Part shown: one piece after another, positions 36,001-48,440 of the stretch
How positions within the stretch are numbered: position 1 is the first letter of the stretch
How the letters are laid out: each line of letters starts with the position of its first letter
Origin: Paraspadella gotoi
Lineage: Eukaryota; Animalia; Chaetognatha
DNA length: 64,000 bases
NCBI GenBank assembly: GCA_051294375.1
Contig: CM119263.1
Coordinates: 18,438,628-18,502,627 of the forward strand
Direction of reading: 5' to 3'
Translations under genes and position numbers: made by a program
The notes under the pieces: model-generated
Told to the model about the DNA's origin: nothing
Seen by the model: the letters and a program-made list of their open reading frames with translations, nothing else
Database searches by the model: none

Positions 36001-37202
36001 TTTGTGTGGTAAATCAAGGAATCACCAATGTAAAATGGCTCAACGCTTTTCAATCTTTGATAGAAGGTAAAGGAAATTGTGCTCCCAGAAACAGTGCTTT
36101 ATTGCTGCGTTTCGGAAATTATGCCATCACAGATTTTAACTTTACGTTGTTACTAATTTTTTTATTCTGTGATGTACTTATTAATTTGTTGTATATTGTT
36201 TTATATTTAGTTTTGAACAGAACCTTTAAAAGATGGGTTCTCTCAATTGGTTCCCTGACATCATTTGCCGCAATAATTTACATAAATCTATATTATTCTA
36301 TTCGCCATATTAATTTAGCTGGGTTTGGCAAAGGCGAAAGAGCGGATAAAAACATTTTCCTTAGTGGAAAGACGGCAAATTACAATGCTTCTGCAATAAC
36401 TAATGGAGTTTACGAGAAAAAACTGAAAGAATCACAATTAAGCCTGTATATTTTTGGTAATTTGATCTCAAAAATTTTTATAATACATACAGTCATTTAT
36501 ATTCAATTATTTTTTGAAACTTTTTTCAGCAAAATGTTCAATAGATATAAATTTACAAAATATTTTCTAGCAATGGGTTCTACAGTCTTCCCATTTTTAG
36601 TAATACAAAACTTGCGAAATTGGCAAAAGTACAACGCGAGAAGCTGTCAGAAATTTTTTTTTCAGTCTTGTAATTTATTAGACAATTCAATGATTAAAAC
36701 TTATGACTATTCATCCATCTTCATCAAAGAAAACTTGTTCTTCTTTTTTGGACTTTCGATGATACCAAGTTTAAGTCTAATATTGAATATTACAATGACT
36801 TTGACTTCATCTCAAACATTCAAATTTTTCACGATTCTCTTTTGGTTAGTAGTATATTCGCTCGGTAGTTTCAACTTGATGTTACCATCTAAACTTGATG
36901 TACCAGCATTGTTTCACAAATTTACACCCCTCATACCTCGATTTACGTATCACAGTTTTTCTCCTTCTTATTATTTTGCGAGATTTTTATTTTGGATTGA
37001 TATCTTTTGTAAACTAGCGCGATCTGATTACCGATTTTACAATAAGACAGAAACACAACTAATTGTTGAGTGGATTCCAACAAATTGTAAGAATTTAAAC
37101 TTTCACGATGAAACAGATTGCTTAAATGTTACTAACGTTTTTATTTTACTATTTCACTTTTTCCCAATAATATTATTCTTATCTAATTATCACTTTCAAT
37201 AA
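32355..37202 (+). CDS. XK-related (XKR/CED-8 family) multipass membrane protein, 4 exons, ~820 aa
   Basis: Exons 32355-32493, 32612-32854, 34841 (or 34805)-35111 and 35387-37202, phases consistent. XK family motifs in order: AFDILSDLRII (DxxxD in TM1), ALHLIGLGSV, LSRLDLIHVLLESFPQLLLQ (ESxPQLxLQ signature), VSMVLSTLSLAKTAIDY. The last exon is the 623-codon hydrophobic ORF 35331-37202. The exon 3 donor and exon 4 acceptor are best guesses. Confidence 0.8.
32969..33031. repeat. (AAT)n microsatellite
   Basis: About 20 perfect AAT units. Confidence 0.95.
33967..34205. mobile_element. Palindromic (fold-back/MITE-like) AT-rich repeat in XKR intron 2
   Basis: Arm 33967-34040 (ggattcctatagagcttgaaaagtta...) is the imperfect reverse complement of arm 34131-34205 (...taacttttaaagctctatcagaatcc). 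A related copy lies at ~38150-38345. Confidence 0.55.
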
Positions 37203-38149
37203 TTATCTTCGAATAACTATAAATAGTGAAGATTTGCCTTTTTATTTTTAAAAATAATGTCGCGCAAAAATGTTGATTTTTCCATGGTCATATTAATATT
37301 TTGAATCATTTTGGACAACTACTGAAAGCTAAGATCAAAAAGGTTTCTTAAAATGTTGCCAGATTTAATCTTCACATGATTGTTATCAAGTAATAAAGGC
37401 ACAAAGTTATTCCCAAAACAGCTCGAAGACCCTATACTCTAATGGTTTTTTTAAATACCTATACGAAAATGAAGAGACGTTTTTAGATAAATACCGTTTA
37501 TTGTAAATTAACAATTTTTAAACAATGAAACACATAATAAAATATTATCTTTGTGACGATGTAGTTCTAATGATCTTAGTAATATTAAAAGTGCATTACT
37601 TTTTTTTTTGGTAAATTTTTACTTAAAGAGAGTTTACTACATGTTCTTAAACTGTAAAGTGTTAGTCCGTTTGGATAATGAATAATAATAATAATGGATA
37701 AAGAATCCTTTTGCTGAATGTCAAGGATTATCATTATTACAGTAATTTGTATTAAGTGTACAATTTTTAATGGGAGCTGTGAGTAAAAAGAACCAAAGCA
37801 GCTGACGATATAAATTTTTAAAAATAAAGCTGTGTATTGTTTTGCATACAAATATCAATGTGAAATTTATCTGCTTACAACAATAAAATGAAATATAATT
37901 TTAGAATGCTCGATAAAATGGAATGGTGCTACCACTTAATGAATACATCAAATCGACAGGAATCTTTCGGTAGCCATAGCCGATGAAATTTAAATGCTAA
38001 TGTATACAGCGTTAAAATAATCTATCATGAGCCTAGATTATGGTATTAAAATATTTTTTGTCAAAAATGCGTTTTTCTGAGGGTACTAGCCTAATTAAAA
38101 TTATTATATTACTATATAAAGAAGAAAAAAAAATCTGAATACTTTAAAT

Positions 38150-38345
38150 TTTTTATGGATTCTGATAGAGCATAAAAAGTTAAACAAGAAATATAATTAC
38201 AGCTTTTAAAAATTCTTACGTTTTCTAGGTGAAATTATAAAAATAACTGATAAAATCATCAAAAGATGATGATGATGATGGTTTTTTTATAGTTTTTCTT
38301 ATTTTTGACTCACTTATAATAAAAATATTTAAAAAAGATTTATGA
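38150..38345. mobile_element. Second, inverted copy of the 33967-34205 palindromic repeat family
   Basis: ggattctgatagagcataaaaagtta plus a (gat)n core mirror the element at 33967-34205. Confidence 0.5.
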
Positions 38346-39262
38346 CCCACTGTAAATTCGAATTCAATTGCCATAAACTTTTTAAGACAAAACAAAAATC
38401 AGCTTCGGTATCTATAAATAATTTTAAGTATTGCAAATTTCGGTCGTTTAGCTTTCTCAATGCTTATAACAATTTCTTTTCTTGACGGCCGATTTTCTGA
38501 GGAATTTCGTTGTTGGTCTTTTCAGGAAATGGATGCCAGCAACAAGTCAACGAGTGACATCTTCCGTCCTAAAAATGAAAAAAACATACAGAGTTGCTGA
38601 AAAAGTCAAAAAATTGTCATATTTTTTTTTCTGAAAAAATCTTCCTTCTTTGCGATAACGTAATATTAAAAAAGTCATTTCGGCGATACACCTTGCTTTA
38701 AATTCCGTTATAAAGTATTCAGTTACTCCATATCTATAATCAAACACCGACACCGTTTCATTAATGTCTGTGTGAGAGAACTTAGGAGTATGTTTGGATA
38801 CCACGACCTATCTACAATTTTTAATAATCGTAAGAAAACCTTTATCTCAAAGATATATACAATGAAAAATACTGTTCTTCAGAAACTTGTTCCGTTTTTT
38901 ACAACATAAGAACAATTTTTAATTGTTTAAATTTTAATTAATTAATTTCATTTAATTAACTGTTTTTTCTCTCTATTTTTTAATGTTTTTTGTTTGCTCA
39001 GTCTATGTTTGTTTGTTTGTTGATGATGATTGTACTGAACAACCTCGTTGTATTCGAATAAAATCGGCATATATATAATATATAATATATATATAATTCA
39101 ACAAAACTGGTAACTTGATCCCACGGTTGCTCATTTTTTTTTTATCCTCTTTCAAGTAATATTTTCCTTTCTTCCTAAAAATTCCTCTTTCATCATATCA
39201 CATGTCATGTACAAGCCAGCAAGCAAGCAAGCAAGCTGCTTGTAGTCTTTAATAATCCGTTA

Positions 39263-39368
39263 CTCTCTCAATCTGCCACGATCACCTCGGGATCCACGCA
39301 GGGAAAAGGCGACGATGGTGACGACGAGGAAGAAGACGACGAAAGCCATGGAAGCCAGAGTCGTGCTC
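39263..39368 (-). CDS. Candidate first coding exon of a secreted protein (signal peptide)
   Basis: Acceptor ctcttttcag, then ATG and MSTTLASMAFVVFFLVVTIVAFSLRGSRGDRGRLR, then a GTAAC donor. A frameshifted second copy lies at ~40394-40511. Downstream exons could not be resolved. Confidence 0.35.
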
Positions 39369-39552
39369 ATGTCCCGCCGCGGTGTTGCTGCCTGAAAAGA
39401 GGTTTGGGGATGGGACGAAGCAGATTGGGGACAATGGGGAGAGGGGGGAGGAATGGGGGCAAATGGTGAAGGGGTTACGGTAAATTCGGACAACAGGGAA
39501 ATGAAGGAGAGTTAGTTGGGTTGCAGAGAGAGAGAGAGAGAGAGAGAGAAGA

Positions 39553-39606
<54 letters not shown>

Positions 39607-39709
39607 ATTTCTGGAGGATTTCTCGAGTTGGATGAAAGGCATCTCGTCACCGTCTCTGTCACTCGACCACGCCTCCCTTACGGCTGCACAGAAAAGCAGA
39701 CGAAATCTG

Positions 39710-39934
39710 ATTGGTCGAAGTACGAGTTTTCGTTTCGGGATTCTAATTGGCCGATTTTAGCGAACGAACCACCCCTCGATGGTTTACAAAATTTCACATT
39801 AAACCAATTTTCATGTGGAATTTAAATTAAAATGATGTAAACTTTTACAGTAAAGTAAAAATTGGGAAATGTAAGCAACTTAAGATTTGTACCAAAATAC
39901 TAAAAACTGATGAAGATGACGTCGGATGACGTCA
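39710..39934 (-). promoter_or_regulatory. Candidate promoter: two CCAAT boxes and tandem CRE-like sites upstream of the signal-peptide exon
   Basis: ATTGG at 39710 and 39746; TGACGTCG at 39917 and TGACGTCA at 39927. All are retained in the duplicate copy. Confidence 0.3.
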
Positions 39935-40672
39935 CTTGGTTAGATTCTCAATTTTCTAAAGGTGAATCGGAAATTGGAGAGGAGGAGGACTGGAAATTGG
40001 AGTGAGGAGGAGAAGAGAGGTGGAGAGGATAAAATGTGAAAAGGAGAGAAAGAAAAGAAGAAGAAAAAAAAAACATATATTGATATATAAGAGGAACAAG
40101 CCACTTCCAAAAAGGTTAAGTTTTCGGCAGTGATTGNNNNNNNNNNNNNNNNNNNNNNNNNCTGGAATCAACCTCGATTGTATTCGAATACAAATCGAGA
40201 TATATATCAATATATAATATATATATAATTCAAACAAACTGGTAACTTGATCCCATCGGCTGTTGCTCATTTTTTTTTTATCCTCTTTCTAAGTAATATT
40301 TCCTTTCTTCCTAAAAATTCCTCTTTCATATAATCACCTATGTCATGTACAAGCAGCAAGCAAAGCAAGCTGTTGTAGTCCTTTAATAATCCGTTACGTC
40401 TCGTTCAATCTGCCACGATCACCTCGAGGATCCACCGCCAGGCGAGAACGGCGACGAAGGTACGACAGGAAGAAGACGACGAACACGCCATGGAAGCCAG
40501 AGTCGTGCTCATGTCCTGACGCGGATGTATGCTGCCTGAAAAAGGTTTTGGGGATTGGAGAGGCAGCGGATTGGGGACAATGGGGAGAGGGAGGGAGGAA
40601 TGGGGGCAATGGTGAAGGGGTTACGGTAAATTCGGACAACAGGGAGAATGAAGGAGAGTTAGTTGGGTGTGC

Positions 40673-40738
<66 letters not shown>

Positions 40739-41953
40739 ATTTCTGGAGGATTCCTTGAGTTGGATGAAAGGCATCTCTCGTCGCCACGTCTCTGTCACTC
40801 GACCACGCCTCCCTTACGGCTGCACAGAAAAGCAGACGAAATCTGATTGGGCGAAGTACGAGTTTTCGTTTCGGGATTCTAATTGGCCGGATATTATGCG
40901 AACGAACCAACCCTCGATGGTTTACAAAATTTCACATTAAACCAATTTTCATGTGGATTTTAAATTAAAATGATGTAAACTTTACAGTAAAGTAAAAATT
41001 GGGAAAATGTAAGCAACTTAAGATTTGTACCAAAAATACTAAAAACTGATGAAGATGACGTCGGATGACGTCACTTGGTTAGATTCTCAATTTTCTTTAA
41101 GGTGAATCGGAAATTGGAGAGGAGGAGGATGGAAATTGGAGTGAGGAGGAGGAAGAGGAGGTGGAGAGGATAAAATGTGAAAAGGAGAGAAAGAAAAGAA
41201 AGAAAAAAAAAAAACATATATTGGTATATAGAGGAAACAAGCTACTTCAAAAAGGTTAAGTTTTCGGCAGTGATTGGGAACTACAAAGAAGGCAATTTGA
41301 GAAAGTTTTAGAAAACCAACAATACTCAATCCTTTATGATAATCTTGATAGTGTTCAGATTAAAACCGAATAATTTAAACTTTGGGGCGTCGTTGTCATC
41401 TTACGACTCCCTCATAACTTTGGGTCATATGATGATATTCCCGTCATTTTGCAAACTTTTAACCGTCATACTATAAGCGTCCATGTTAACATTTAAAACA
41501 GAATCGACCACAATATCGTTATTGAGAAAAAAAAAACTACGGATAAAGATGTTAATTTCGTTCACTCAGATGAATAGGTTTCATCACTTCGACGAGACGA
41601 CAGAAAAAAAGGCGAAAGAAAATGGGAAAGTGAGAATTAAAAGGAAATGGATCATACGGCATGCGGCGTGCGCGGCGGCGTGCGGCGGCACGCCGGTTGG
41701 CAATGAGCCCTCTCCCTTTCCCACCTCGACTTTCATGTTTCTGGTTCTGAGACATAAAACATTAAAGGCTTCGCTTCGGTTCATTATTTTCAAACAAGAA
41801 AATAACAAGTTTTTTTTTCTTTCTTTAATTTTCCTTTTTTTTTTACAAACGCAGTTCTGATTGTGGCGCTCCTTTCTCTTCCTCTCCTTCTCCCAAGTTT
41901 ATCCTTCTCGCATCTTCTCCTTCACCCATCCTTTTTTTTCCTTCTATTCACTA

Positions 41954-42581
41954 AGGCGTAGTGAAAGTTACGGTACGAAATTCAAGGTCAATTATGAAAC
42001 AACAATACCATCAGTAAAACATTAAATTGGTAAAAAAATTGAATTTTTATGTTTTTTATGTTTTGAGTAGGCCTTATTTTATATATAGTAGCTATCCCTC
42101 TATACCGAAAAATTTCAAAATAGCTTTTCTTAATTTTGATTGGCGATTTGAATTCCTCGTCAAAAGTTGATAAAAAGAAATATAAATTATTTTTAAAAAT
42201 TCTTTCATTAAGTGGTACAAGAATTACAAAAAACTAGTATTTATAATTATAAAGAAGTTAATTTTTCAGCTTAAAATATAGTTTTTTCTCATTTTGACAC
42301 TTAAGAAGGATTTTTTTTAAAAAGTAGTTATAGTCTTCTTTTTAACACTTTTTAGTGACGAAATCCAAATCTCGCAAAAATCTTATGAAAAAACTGTTTA
42401 TGAAATTTTAACATATTCTATTGGATTAAGTACTAGTATATAAGTATGCCTACTGCGTAAATTGTAAAATTTATTATAAATTTTCTTTATATCATAAATG
42501 TATCATATAGTATAATATTGTTCGTTCCCTACACTTTTAGAATTTCAATTAAAGGTTAAATTTAGAAATTTTACTACGCCT
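41954..42581. mobile_element. MITE / non-autonomous DNA transposon, 628 bp, terminal inverted repeats, flanked by TA
   Basis: Left end AGGCGTAGTGAAAGTT; right end reverse complement AGGCGTAGTAAAATTT (14/16 identical). TA on both sides (41952-3, 42582-3), AT-rich non-coding interior, absent from the paralogous copy near 46400. Confidence 0.75.
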
Positions 42582-44272
42582 TACTATCAGCGAGCCACGG
42601 CTCCGATTAATCTGTTTTCTTTCTGACCTCTCTTCCTCCAAAATCTTTCAGAGCAAAGACGCCGCGACAAATCTTTGAAACTTCGATGGTCTTTTGGCAA
42701 AACACATCATAAAACAACGCTACTTCTCACAAGCATCCAAACATGAAAATGAAAATGAAAAACCATGAAAATATAAATGCAATCAACCTTACGAAAACAA
42801 CCACGAACATATCTAAAACGCCTAAATTTTACCAAAAACACAAAAGACCAAATCAGAATGACCCCTGATCTCCAGAATTCCCCACCGTTCTCCCGCCCAC
42901 CCGTCCCTCGAACCGACAACCCTTCGAAGATGTTCTCCAAGAAGAGACCTTTATTTTGATTGGCCTTGAACACTAGGGTTGAACTTTGGCCAAAGAATGC
43001 AGGACATGAGGAGGAAAGGTACAGAAGAGCGAGGAGGAACTGGTCCTAGGGGCGCGATGCGGAGAGCAGAGAAAGGAGAAAGAGGAAGAGAAGATGGAGG
43101 AAGAAGAAGAAGAAACTTTGAGTACTTATGGATGAAGGAACCAATAAAAAAAAAAGTTCGCGCGACGGCTGAGCGAGCTTTCGGAAAATGGGATCGAATC
43201 TGACAAAGGGAAAGAGTCGTATTTTTTTTTAGTCGAAAAACAAAACCAAGAACTAAATTGAAAGAGACTGAGGATTTTTTGACCGATCGGACGTCACAAA
43301 CATTCTTCTTTCTGCTGTATAAGATTTCCTTGAGCTATTCGTGACGAGGAAGCTGAGACTTCACACCCGAATTCCAAACATAAAACTTTGGGTGCAACAA
43401 TTGAAAGAATAGCATCAGTATTCAGTCTTGGTAAACAACACAATTTTTTGACAATTCACATTTTAAGTAACATAAACCAGAAAAATAACAACTATTTTCT
43501 ATTTCTCCCAGCCGATTTGTTTAGTATCGTTATAATGTATCGCAACTCAGCCGTCAATTACCCGACATCTAGTCGGCGACGAGGAGGAGCAGTTATGCGC
43601 TGATCCCTGTGATCCCGGCTTCACTTTTTATTTTTTTTTTATAACACACCGGTCTCTCATCGTGTGGTGGTCCACCAGCTTGATACCGATTAATCAATTC
43701 ACATGCAAGATCTCTCACTTCATTCTTACATCTCTCTCTCTCTCTCATCTCTCTCTTCCTCTCCGACTCTCGAAGTCTCCGATTCTCTCTCTCTGCACTC
43801 ATCTCTCCTCTCGCCAAATTTTCTCCTCTCCGTCTCCCTCTCTCGCAGGTGGGTGTTTGCCTCTCGATATCGAGGGTGTTACAATGAATATAGGAGCGAT
43901 GAAAATCTGGGTAGGATAGGTAATGCGAATTCAAAAGAAAAGCGGGACAGAGAGGAGATGGACAGAGAAGAAAGAATTCACACGAGACGGGAGTGAGTAA
44001 AAAGATAAGTTACATGCGAGTCGAAGAAAGAGAGTCGTTGCCGCGAGAATGACAAGTGTACACGGAGAGAGTAAAAGGAGCCGGAGGAAAAGAGTAAACA
44101 CGAGCAGGAATCATCTCGATGTTATATATGTCTCGGTCTTCCCAAATTATCCTTCGTCGCTAAGCAGAGTTGAGACGGGGGCTTGTTCTCTCCTTTCTCT
44201 TTCTCTCGTTTTCTCTCTCTCTATGCTCTCTCTCTCTCTCTCTTCTCCTCTCTCTCTCTCTCTCTTCTCTCT

Positions 44273-44306
<34 letters not shown>

Positions 44307-44328
44307 TTCCTCTCTTCTCTCTTCTCTC

Positions 44329-45335
44329 TTTCCCCCGGTCGATGTCCATTAGATATCCCTATTCAGCAGGCATACTGACAATCAGTCTGGTACTGTTTTC
44401 GATAAAAAAATAATAAAATGAAAATGGGTTAGAATGACAGCAACAAAGAGGACAACAAAAAACAACTTTATTATTTTTATACATTGATTCCTACTGTATA
44501 TATGCAGAAGGTAGCAAAGATATAAAGAAAAGTAAAAAAATAAAACCGGAACAAAGAAAAATATCCACAAAAACGAAACAGCAACAAGCCGTCAACAACG
44601 GTTTCGCTCCCTAATCGAAGGACGAAACCGTAGCACCCGCCCCCCCCTTCTCGTTCAGGACCGCTGGGTCTTTTTCGGTTGTCGTCGCCCTTCCCGTCGT
44701 TGTCAGCGTCGTCGTCGTCGATCTAGACTTAAGCCTTAACATTGGTTTAAAACAAAGCCAACTAGAGGTTTTGATTTAAAAAGGTGAAAAGGTCCTTGAA
44801 TAAAAAGTTGAGGAAAAGTAAAAAATGAGATTTAACGTTTTCTAACTGTCTTTAGTCAAAAACTCTTCACAAATCACTTTCACTCGAGATTAAGAGCTGA
44901 AAAAAATTTTCGCCATCCTGACTACAAACGTCTCTTCAAAACTCAGCATTCGACGAAGTAGGAAACTAAGTCTCTTGAATTTTTTTCTCTCCCAACATTA
45001 ATTCCTTCACGATGCATCGCAGCCGCCGGAGAGATTCTTTCCTGAGCCCATCGACAACCGCCAGCCGAGCCGAGGCGCGCCGCCTTCCCCTCGAACGTTA
45101 GTACCTCACAGATCCTTCCGCGCCTTTTTCACTTTTCTCTTCATAAACTTCCACGAAAGTGCGGCATTCCCATCTCCCTGCACTTCTACCACCCTTCCAG
45201 TTCCACTCTACAACGCGCCCAATGACATTCTATTCCCCGTCTATTATGTTTAGCGAGCAAGCGACAGCTGAGACTTACCCGTTACTTCGTCCGCCCCTCC
45301 ACTCTGTCTCTCTCGCGATCTTGCCAGCGTTATGG

Positions 45336-45428
<93 letters not shown>

Positions 45429-45725
45429 TTCCTCTCTCTCCCTCCCTCCCTTCTACGAAATCCCCCATCACTTAAAACCTTGATGACGTCTCGCGTTCGA
45501 CGAAAGGAAAAGAAAAAAAAGTCATTTAGTTTCAAACTTCGGGTTCAAACTCTTTGAGTTTGACAAAGATTCTAAACGACTTTTGCTTTCCTTTTTTTAC
45601 CGAAACAACTTTTCATTCTGATTTGCAAGTTTCGTTCATATAATATTTTTCTTAAAACTTGAGAATCTAATAAACAATTTTTCATCTCCTCGCCCTCTTA
45701 CTTCTCTTTAATTTTTAAAAGCTTA
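44329..45725. repeat. ~1.4 kb block present three times (here, inverted at ~55235-56641, direct at ~57382-58507)
   Basis: Shared anchors tcgatgtccattag, gatgcatcgcagccgccggagagattc and taatttttaaaagctta. Confidence 0.88.
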
Positions 45726-47416
45726 GGATAAAAGAAGGCAATTTGAGAAAGTTTTAGAAAAACCAACAATACTCAATCCTTTATGATAATTTGAATAGTT
45801 CAGATTAAAACCGATAAATTAAATTTGAGGGCGTCGTTGTCATCTACGACTCCGTTTACTCCCATAACTTGGGTCAGTATGAATGATATTCCGTCATTTT
45901 TAAACATTTTAACCGTCATACTATAAGCGTCCATGTTTAACATTTAAAAACAGAATCGACACAATATCGTTATTGGAGAAAAAAAAAACTACGGATAAAG
46001 ATTGTTAATTTGTTCACTTCAGATGAAATAGTTTCATACTTCGACGACGACGACAGAAACAAGAAGGCGAAAGAAAATGGGAAAGTGGAATTAAAGGAAT
46101 GGATCATCGGCAGCGGCGGCGGCGGCGGCGGCGGCGGCAGCCGGGTTGGCAATGAGCCCTTCCCTTTCCCATCTCGACTTTCATTTTCTGTTTCTGAGAC
46201 AAAAACATTAAAGGCTTCGCTTCGGTTCATTATTTTCAAAACAAGAAAATAACAAGTTTTTTTTCTTTTCTTTAATTTTCCCTTTTTTTTTTACAAACGC
46301 AGTTTCGATTGTGGCCTCCTTTTCTCTTCCTTCCTTTCTCCCAAGTTTATTCCCTTTCTCGCTCTTCTCTTCACCCATCCTTTCTTTTTCCTTCCTATTC
46401 ACCCAGGCCTCCACTCATTCTGTTTTCTGACCTTCTTCTCCAAATCTTTCAAGAGCAAAGACGCGCGACAAAATCTTTGAAACTTCGATGGTCTTTTGGC
46501 AAAACGTCAATCACTTAAACAACACGACTTCTCATCAGCATCAAAATGAAAATGAAAATGAAAAACCATGAAATCATAAAATGAAATCCAAACTTACAAA
46601 ACAACCACGAACACAAACGCCTAAATTTTCACCAAAAACCCAAAAGACCAATCAGAATGACCCCTGATCTCCAGAATCCCCACCCCCGCCCCCCCGTCCC
46701 TCGAACCGCAACCCTTTCCGAAATGTTTCTCCCAAGAAGAGCCCTTTATTTTGATTGGCCTTGACACCGGGTGAACTTTGGCCAAAGGAATGCAGGACAT
46801 GAGGAGGAAGAGGAAGAAGACGATGGAGGAACTGGTCGAGGGGAGCGAGGGAGAGCAGAGGAAGGAGAAAGAGGAAGAGGAGAAGGAGGAGGAAGAAGAA
46901 GAAACTTTGAGTGACTTATGGATGAAGGAACCAATAAAAAAAAAAGTCGCGACGGCTGAGCGAGCTTTCGGAAAATGGACGAATATGACAAAGAGGAAAA
47001 GAGTCGTATTTTTTTTTTTTAGTCGAAAAACAAACCAAGAAACTAAATTGGAAAGAGACTGAAGATTTTTTGACCGATCGGGAGTCACAAACAGTTTCGT
47101 GATAAGATTTCGATTAAGCTTTGAGGAAGCGAGACTTCATACCGAATTCCAAAAAAATTGTGAAAATTCTAGGAAGTATTTTACAGTTGGTTAAACAAAA
47201 AAGTTATGAAATTACACATTTTAAGTAACATAAACCCAGAAAATAACCCATTTTCTATTTCCCCAGCCGATTTGTTTAGTATCGTTATATGTAATCGCAA
47301 CTCAGACGTCAATTACCACCGAGTCACGTGATTTCCCTGTGACGCGGCTTCACTTTTTTTAAACTCTCGTCATCGCAACTAAACATTAATCATCGCAAGA
47401 CTTCACTTCATTACAT

Positions 47417-47447
<31 letters not shown>

Positions 47448-47530
47448 CGAAATGAAAGACTTGTAGACTTATTACTTTTCATTCAACATTTTTGAATATG
47501 TATAATTTCGTTTCAGTGATTAGAATAAAA

Positions 47531-48393
47531 ATGGCGCCCGCTTCCAGAGACCTTAGTCGTCGAAACTTCATCCTCCATTTCCGACACAAACTTCCCGAAT
47601 CTCACTCCACACCCCAACCAACTTCCAAGCCCTGGTTTCCCTCAACAACCGCTGTCAACTCATCGTTTCGCCTCTATCCCGCCTCGGAAGTTCCAGATCC
47701 GTGCGGAATTCAACATACTTTCCGGGTAAGAAAAAAAAAAAACTCACTAAACTCTCACTTTTGCCGCTACTTTTTAATTTTTTATGCAAGTTTGGTTTAC
47801 GATTGATACATAAATAGGACCATAACCCTATTCGCCTTTGATCCAACCTCAGCTACCGTCAACCCGGCTGCGGGTCGCGCCTGCCTCCTCAGCGTATTCT
47901 CTCCCTGCAACGAGACGCTAAATTTCTGGACTCACTTTCTTCCTCTCTGCTACGCAACGTGGCAAGCGTTGCACGTCGCGCGTCACGTACGGTGGGCGTT
48001 CGACGGGCGACGCCGACGATGACGAGGGGTGGAACTACGCAGAATTGCCGCTGCCTATTCCTACTGCGCTGCGGTGTTCGGACTCTTGGGCTGACTCCTC
48101 CTGGCGCATCATCATTCTCCAGCGACTTCGAAGGCGAGCAGTCTCTTCTTCATCGACTACGCGGGAAGTGGATTATGGATTTATGGATTGATTTGTGTTG
48201 ATTGATTGATTGACAATAGCGTAACTAATTGCTTTCATCTTTTAAATTAAAAGCGATGTTAAAACTTATTGATTGGTTCGGTCACTTGCATTGGTTTGAA
48301 TAATACGCCCAATCGCTTGTATATCCTCTTCTCCGTCTCTCTGTATCATTCTTATTCTCTCTCTCGTGCATTCATCTCTTCTTTGCTCTTCTC

Positions 48394-48440
<47 letters not shown>

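Larger units (their letters stand above)
39041..41276. repeat. Tandem duplication of ~1.1 kb (39041-40136 and 40170-41276) separated by a 25-N gap
   Basis: Near-identical sequence on both sides of gap 40137-40161, differing mainly by 1-bp indels. Confidence 0.9.
41285..47440. repeat. Direct duplication: ~41285-43745 repeated at ~45731-47440
   Basis: Both copies begin aaagaaggcaatttgagaaag and stay collinear; the first carries the extra MITE. Confidence 0.88.
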
